Source of the DNA: Ascoidea asiatica JCM 7603
Taxonomy: Eukaryota; Fungi; Ascomycota
Length of the DNA: 64,000 nucleotides
Direction of reading: 5' to 3'
Assembly: GCA_001600695.1 (NCBI GenBank)
Contig: BCKQ01000002.1
Span: 1,199,184-1,263,183, forward strand
Part shown: piece after piece, positions 61,345-64,000 of the stretch
Position numbering within the stretch: the stretch's first letter is position 1
Layout: every line of letters starts with the position of its first letter
Made by a program: the position numbers and the translations under genes
Notes under the pieces: model-generated
Database searches by the model: none
Told to the model about the DNA's origin: nothing
The model's input: the letters and a program-made list of their open reading frames with translations, nothing else

Positions 61345-61354
61345 ATTTGTGACC
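61345..61354 (-). promoter_or_regulatory. MSE/Ndt80-like element (GGTCACAAAT) upstream of the 61632 gene
   Basis: Matches GNCRCAAAW; the same TTTGTGACC occurs at about 51968 upstream of the free SUMO-like gene. Confidence 0.4.
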
Positions 61355-61631
61355 GAGACCAGAACTGCGGGCCGGCTGGGCCTAATCTTGGGGAAAGATT
61401 AAAAATAAAGCGTAAAGCTAAATGAAAAGCATCAACAGAGCACGGGAAGAAGAAACACGAAATATTTCATGACAATTGAAATTATTCAGGATATAATCAG
61501 TGTTTATTATTATTATTATTATTATGATAATATTCAGACAGAAATCTTGAAAGAAGAAAGAATAATACAAAGGATATATCTTAATTGAGTGGAATAGACT
61601 AATTGAATAATCAAGAGTCATATATATTACA

Positions 61632-63170
61632 ATGGAAAAAGAACTAGATCAATGGATTGACTTCACCCTTGAGTCAAGTAATAAGTTCATGAAAGAACTT
61701 TTAAAAGAACAAGCAATAATTTTAACAGCAGAATTACAAGAAAAATTAGAAAATATTCAAAGGAAAGATGAGGATTTAGAACAACAAGTAAAATATTTAG
61801 GTGAAGAAATTGATAATATGGGAGTTGAATTAAATAAAAAAGATAATGAAATAAATTTTTTAAAAGAAAATAATTTTGAAAATAATGAAAAAGATAAAAT
61901 AATTATTGAAAAAAATGAAATAATTGAAAAAAATGATAAAGAAATTTATGAATTGAATTGTAAACTTAATTCACTTAAAAGAAAGATATTTTCAATATTT
62001 TCTGAAACTACTGGTGATATATTGACTTCTAATGATAATGATGAATATATACAAAAATCTTCTCCAAATTTAAATTCAAATACTGAAATTCAGCAAAATA
62101 TAGAAAATGAAGAAAGTATAGAAAATGAAAAGAGGAATCAAGAATTAGAAAATGAAGAAAATGAAGAAAATGAAGTAAATCAAGAACATCAAGAATCTCC
62201 GAAGACTCCTACGGCTCCAGATACTTCTGAAGATCAAATAAATCAAAAAATTCTAGAAAATAAAGAGAGCCAAGAAAATCAAGAACCCTTAGAAATCCAA
62301 AAGGATCAAGAAGATCAAGAAATGACTGATGTAAATAATGAAGAATTTAATAATAATAATAATTCTAAATCAAATTCAAAAAAAACTTTATTTCCCTCAA
62401 AATCTTTAGAAGAAACTGTTTTAAATTTAGTTAAAACTTTTGAACCAAAAAGAAAATCAGTAAGTTTGAAAATAAATGATAATGAAAATGAAAATGAAAA
62501 TATAAATGAAAACTCAAAAGAAAATAATACTTTAATAGTAAGTGATATTATTGATAATACATTAAATTCTTCATTTAAAAGAAAATTCTCGGATACCGAA
62601 GAAAATAATGAAAAAATTGATAATAATATTGATAATGAGAATGGAAATACTACTATTAATGAAAATGACAATGGTAATGATGGCGAAAATGAAACTATTA
62701 ATCAAACTATTTTAGAAAGTAATAATGATTCAAATGAACAAGATTATGATAATGACAATAATAATAATAACGATGACAATCAAGATGATAGTATAGATGA
62801 TAATAATAAAAATAAAATGAGAAAAATATCTAAAACAACTGTTAAAAAAGAGAAAAAAGATAAAAAAATTAAATTAGTTAAAGAAAAAATAGGTACAATT
62901 GATGTTAGAGTTTCTGATGGTACAAAACAACTTTTATTTAGAGTTAAAGCAAATACAAAATTTAAAAAATTATTTGGTCATTATTGTAATAGATCAAATA
63001 AAGATATTAATGAAATTTTATTTTATTTCAATGATAATATTATTAATGAACAAGATACTCCTGCAGAAACAAAAATGATTGTTGGTAAAAATTATATCAT
63101 TACTTGTGTTCCAAATATTAAAAAATTGAATGATGAAATTATAGATGAAAATGCTGAAACTAAAACTTAG
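61632..63170 (+). CDS. Coiled-coil + acidic disordered linker + single C-terminal SUMO-like domain
   Basis: IDVRVSDGTKQLLFRVKANTKFKKLFGHYCNR..ILFYFNDNIINEQDTPAETKM (about 62895-63115) aligns with Smt3 INLKVSDGSSEIFFKIK...DQTPEDLDM; no diglycine. Confidence 0.85.
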   Translation: MEKELDQWIDFTLESSNKFMKELLKEQAIILTAELQEKLENIQRKDEDLEQQVKYLGEEIDNMGVELNKKDNEINFLKENNFENNEKDKIIIEKNEIIEKNDKEIYELNCKLNSLKRKIFSIFSETTGDILTSNDNDEYIQKSSPNLNSNTEIQQNIENEESIENEKRNQELENEENEENEVNQEHQESPKTPTAPDTSEDQINQKILENKESQENQEPLEIQKDQEDQEMTDVNNEEFNNNNNSKSNSKKTLFPSKSLEETVLNLVKTFEPKRKSVSLKINDNENENENINENSKENNTLIVSDIIDNTLNSSFKRKFSDTEENNEKIDNNIDNENGNTTINENDNGNDGENETINQTILESNNDSNEQDYDNDNNNNNDDNQDDSIDDNNKNKMRKISKTTVKKEKKDKKIKLVKEKIGTIDVRVSDGTKQLLFRVKANTKFKKLFGHYCNRSNKDINEILFYFNDNIINEQDTPAETKMIVGKNYIITCVPNIKKLNDEIIDENAETKT

Positions 63171-63509
63171 TTAGTAATATTTACATATATTCAATATACA
63201 TACAATATAACACAATATAGCGCGATATAGCCATATAATATAATATAATATAATATATATATATTGGCCAGGATTGCTCGTCCAATCAAAAGCAGCCCCA
63301 GAGGTATATTTTTGTTCCTTTGTTTTCGGTATAAAAAGTACCAATACAAAGGGAAAGCTCTGCTTAAATATGAAAACCAGATTAGAATTGTAGTGGTAAG
63401 ATTCATTTATAATTCTTATAACCTTCATAATTTTCATATAATATTTTCAATAATCATTCAATTTTAATTTAATTTTTATTATTCTAACATACAAATCTTT
63501 GTTTATTAG

Positions 63510-64000
63510 CATTGTTGGTGGTGGCAAAAATAGAAGAAATACTAAAAAATAGAATACTTATATTAATATTATTACATATAATAATTTTGCATTCATATGC
63601 TAAATTTAATCCAGCTTTTTGGACTTATACTAATAGAATTGGTACAACTCTTACCATGTTTGACACTGCTAATGGTGGAGATGCATTAAGAAGTTGTATG
63701 AAATTATTTCCTTTTCCTGGGTTTAGTTTTTTCTTATTGCACAATCAATTAGGTGCTATTTTTGCAGATATGATAATACTGCTTCTTCTTTATTTAGCAT
63801 CATTTAGCTGGGTAGGTGATAATCTTTATCAAAAATCAAAGAATGAGACTTTTAATATAATTTTAAGAGGTACCCGAGAAAGAGAACCGAATAGTTATAC
63901 TGATGTTTTAGAAATGGGTCCTTTCATTTATACAATTCAAAATAACAAATATGTTTTTATTCTTCCATTATTCACCCATCAATTGTTTATACTATTGGTA
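63510..64000 (+). CDS. Possible partial gene or exon running off the window end, product unknown
   Basis: Stop-free frame from 63488 to 64000 (hand-translated, with hydrophobic stretches), preceded by TTCTAAC at 63482 and TAG at 63507-63509; in-frame ATG at 63656. Confidence 0.35.

Noticed and set aside
61632-63170. Calling this gene ESC2
   Set aside because: Only one SUMO-like domain is visible and it resembles SUMO itself; Esc2/Rad60 have two. Not excluded without a profile search
1-64000. CUG codon reassignment (Ser or Ala)
   Set aside because: The CTG codons I noticed are in poorly conserved regions, so the code cannot be inferred from this window; rarity is expected from AT bias alone
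1-64000. tRNA, rRNA, snoRNA, CRISPR arrays, transposons or LTRs
   Set aside because: No cloverleaf/T-loop context, repeat-spacer array, transposase/RT motif or terminal repeat seen by eye; small ncRNAs cannot be excluded without Infernal or tRNAscan

Overview
Very AT-rich, gene-dense eukaryotic DNA from a budding yeast (Saccharomycotina). Evidence: yeast-type orthologues, short spliceosomal introns with GTA donors and CTAAC branch points, and pervasive poly-Asn (AAT)n expansion; an Ascoidea- or Candida boidinii-like genome is my guess, not established. About 26 protein genes: SEC15 (3' end), TCA17, GTA1/YEL043W-like, IES6, a GRAM-like/PY-motif orphan, CEX1, PAN6, MRPL20, TRZ1, GYP1, GLO4, SCM3, RPN5, two tandem orphan paralogues (the second frameshifted), CUE5, a CCP-family peroxidase with a long N-terminal extension, CBF5, TIP41, CNB1, CKA2, AIM29, alpha-actinin and four SUMO/ubiquitin-fold genes. 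I reconstructed eight introns by hand that the ORF track misses, including a 16-nt micro-exon in GYP1 and an upstream exon giving glyoxalase II a mitochondrial presequence. The strongest novelty candidate lies at 46.5-63.2 kb: a highly divergent free SUMO paralogue that keeps a diglycine, plus three coiled-coil proteins each ending in one SUMO/ubiquitin-like domain without diglycine. Two of these genes share the TKFKKLFxxYC motif and an upstream Ndt80/MSE-like element, which suggests a lineage-specific, possibly sporulation-specific, second SUMO system. I saw no tRNA, rRNA, CRISPR or intact transposon. All family calls are from motif recognition by eye, not database searches.
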